A stretch of 64,000 bases of DNA from positions 39,415 to 103,414 of the IMG/VR virus record IMGVR_UViG_3300028888_000078. One strand, given 5' to 3'. The position numbers and the translations under genes were made by a program. The stretch's first letter is position 1. Every line of letters begins with the position of its first letter. This DNA is from a virus. Lineage: Duplodnaviria > Caudoviricetes. This document shows, in pieces, positions 62,833 to 64,000 of the stretch. The notes beneath the pieces are model-generated. The model did not search any database. It was given only the letters and a program-made list of their open reading frames with translations, and had not been told where the DNA came from.

Positions 62833-63720
62833 TCAATTCCAAAAGCTGTTAGAACCCCAACCGTTATTCCAACCAAAGCCATATAAAGCTCCAGCTGCGT
62901 AAGGAGTGTTGTTAACTGCGGTTAAGTTAGGCCATACAACAGGTACGGTATTGGGCTGCTTGTTAGCAATCTCATTAACTTTAGCCTGCAGAGGATTAAT
63001 AGCATTAAACAGCTGTGCTGTCTGACGATCATTATCCAGCTGACCACGCAGTTGAGTGATAATATCACTCTGTGTGTCAATCTTACTTTGCATTTCACGC
63101 TCACGAATATCACAGAACTCACGGGTCATGTTGGTCTGGAGATTCGCAATAGCGTCTGTTATTGACCGTGTATTGCGGTCGGCCTGAGAACCAAGCTGAT
63201 TGGTCTGCTCAATGGTCTAGATGCGATTCTCATAACCTTGCTGAGTTGTCAGCAGACGATTCTCGCAGCAACACTCACAGAGTTGGTGGCTTAAAGAAGC
63301 ATTGCCACTCTGAATTGCGTTGGTTACCTGTAAGCTAGACATACCAACCTGAGAGCCTACATTCTGGATGCTGGTGTTCAAAGTGTTGACAGCGGCCTGT
63401 ACTTGTTCTACATTACTGTTAGTAATACTAGCAAGCTGTCCGAGAGCATCTGCACGACCATTTATAGCCTACAACAGAAGATCTCTACCTTCGCTATTAG
63501 CAAGCTGGTTAGCAAAGTAGCCATTGCCTCCGAAGCCGCCAAAACCACCAAAGCCGTTCATTCCCATTCCATAACCGCCCCAAATGAGCCAGAGGAAGAG
63601 AATCCATATCCAGTTGTTACCACCGAAACCACCGTTGTTGTTCATCAGAGCAAGCAGAGTAGGATCGATAGAGCTCTTTGTCCCGTTCTCAGGGAACATA
63701 AAAATTTTAGAGTTTTCCAT
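62833..63720 (-). CDS. Gly-rich membrane-anchor / coiled-coil protein with CECCC cluster (~295 aa, 2 TAG)
   Basis: Joins 63469-63720 and 62833-63129; GGFGGNNWIWILFLWLIWGG, HQLCECCCENRL, G/W/N-rich tail. Confidence 0.8.
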
Positions 63721-63780
63721 AAAAAAATAAAGAGAATTAAGAAAATAATGAAATAATTTGAGAAAAATGTATATACGCCA

Positions 63781-63805
63781 ATAGGGGGCCTTAAAGGTCC
63801 CCTAT
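63781..63805. promoter_or_regulatory. Hairpin in leader of the right-hand cassette
   Basis: ATAGGGGGCCTTAAAGGTCCCCTAT inverted repeat. Confidence 0.55.
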
Positions 63806-63889
63806 CAACTTCGTATCAAAATGAGTTTATAAATTGTGAGGTTTTGCCATTCGATGTACGCCACCCCTGAAGCTTTTATTACGTAATTA

Positions 63890-64000
63890 TTATGCTTCCT
63901 CAACGCTGTTTGATGCGTCGCCGCTGCCTCCTGTTGCGGGCTCAGAGTTTATAGGCTCGCCTTCTGTTTCCGGAAGACTCTGAGTAGCCGTCGGTGCGCT
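63890..64000 (-). CDS. C-terminal fragment of an acidic low-complexity protein (runs off window)
   Basis: SAPTATQSLPETEGEPINSEPATGGSGDASNSVEEA then TAA TAA. Confidence 0.5.
   Translation of the reverse strand, partial: SAPTATQSLPETEGEPINSEPATGGSGDASNSVEEA

Larger units (their letters stand above)
1..64000. other. Late-gene region of a crAss-like phage (Crassvirales) using TAG=Gln (code 15) on the minus strand
   Basis: Gene order TerL-portal-scaffold-MCP-rings-auxiliary capsid-hub-lysis-IHF-ring-muzzle-cargo-giant RNAP matches Crassvirales. Consecutive ORF fragments share a frame and are broken only by TAG (cta on + strand). Confidence 0.95.

Noticed and set aside
434-63720. Mass pseudogenisation or sequencing errors fragmenting the genes
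   Set aside because: Breaks are always TAG and never frameshifts, catalytic motifs are intact, and TAG aligns with Gln in internal repeats.
536-63756. Other short plus-strand and off-frame minus ORFs in the track (e.g. 37721-38347, 43220-43684, 46672-47271)
   Set aside because: They overlap well-supported minus-strand genes and have shadow-like composition.
1-64000. Suppressor tRNA(CUA), other tRNAs or release factor
   Set aside because: No cloverleaf or such gene recognised by eye and intergenic gaps are short. They may lie outside the window; tRNAscan/ARAGORN would be decisive.
63890-64000. Structured ncRNA (CTCAGAGT/ACTCTGAG inverted repeat, GAAA-loop hairpin)
   Set aside because: The same sequence reads as an open frame ending TAA TAA and is truncated by the window. 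Coding is the simpler reading, though an RNA structure is not excluded.

Overview
This is the late (virion/lysis) half of a crAss-like phage genome (Crassvirales; the major capsid N-terminus resembles my recollection of the delta group/Suoliviridae, tentative), probably infecting Bacteroidota. Almost everything is one minus-strand gene block (434-64000) in which TAG is read as glutamine (genetic code 15). The standard-code ORF track is therefore shattered: in-frame fragments are separated by TAG, and real stops are TAA/TGA. Re-reading gives about 38 genes: terminase, portal, scaffold-like protein, major and auxiliary capsid proteins, ring/hub/muzzle tail proteins, fibres, a holin/spanin/DUF5675 lysis set, ejected cargo proteins, a single ~5,574-aa virion RNA polymerase protein, and a ~2,086-aa ADP-ribosyltransferase/zincin protein. 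The only plus-strand gene (partial, left edge) appears to use TAG as a real stop. The best candidate for an undescribed system is a short peptide motif, (D/N)G(K/R/Q)LPx(Y/F/C)xxG. It recurs about 8-9 times at domain boundaries of two otherwise dissimilar putative cargo proteins, suggesting a shared processing or capsid-loading signal. A six-gene Cys/Gly-rich cassette ending in a HExxH protease gene at the right end is also unexplained. All family assignments come from motif recognition and gene order; no searches were run.
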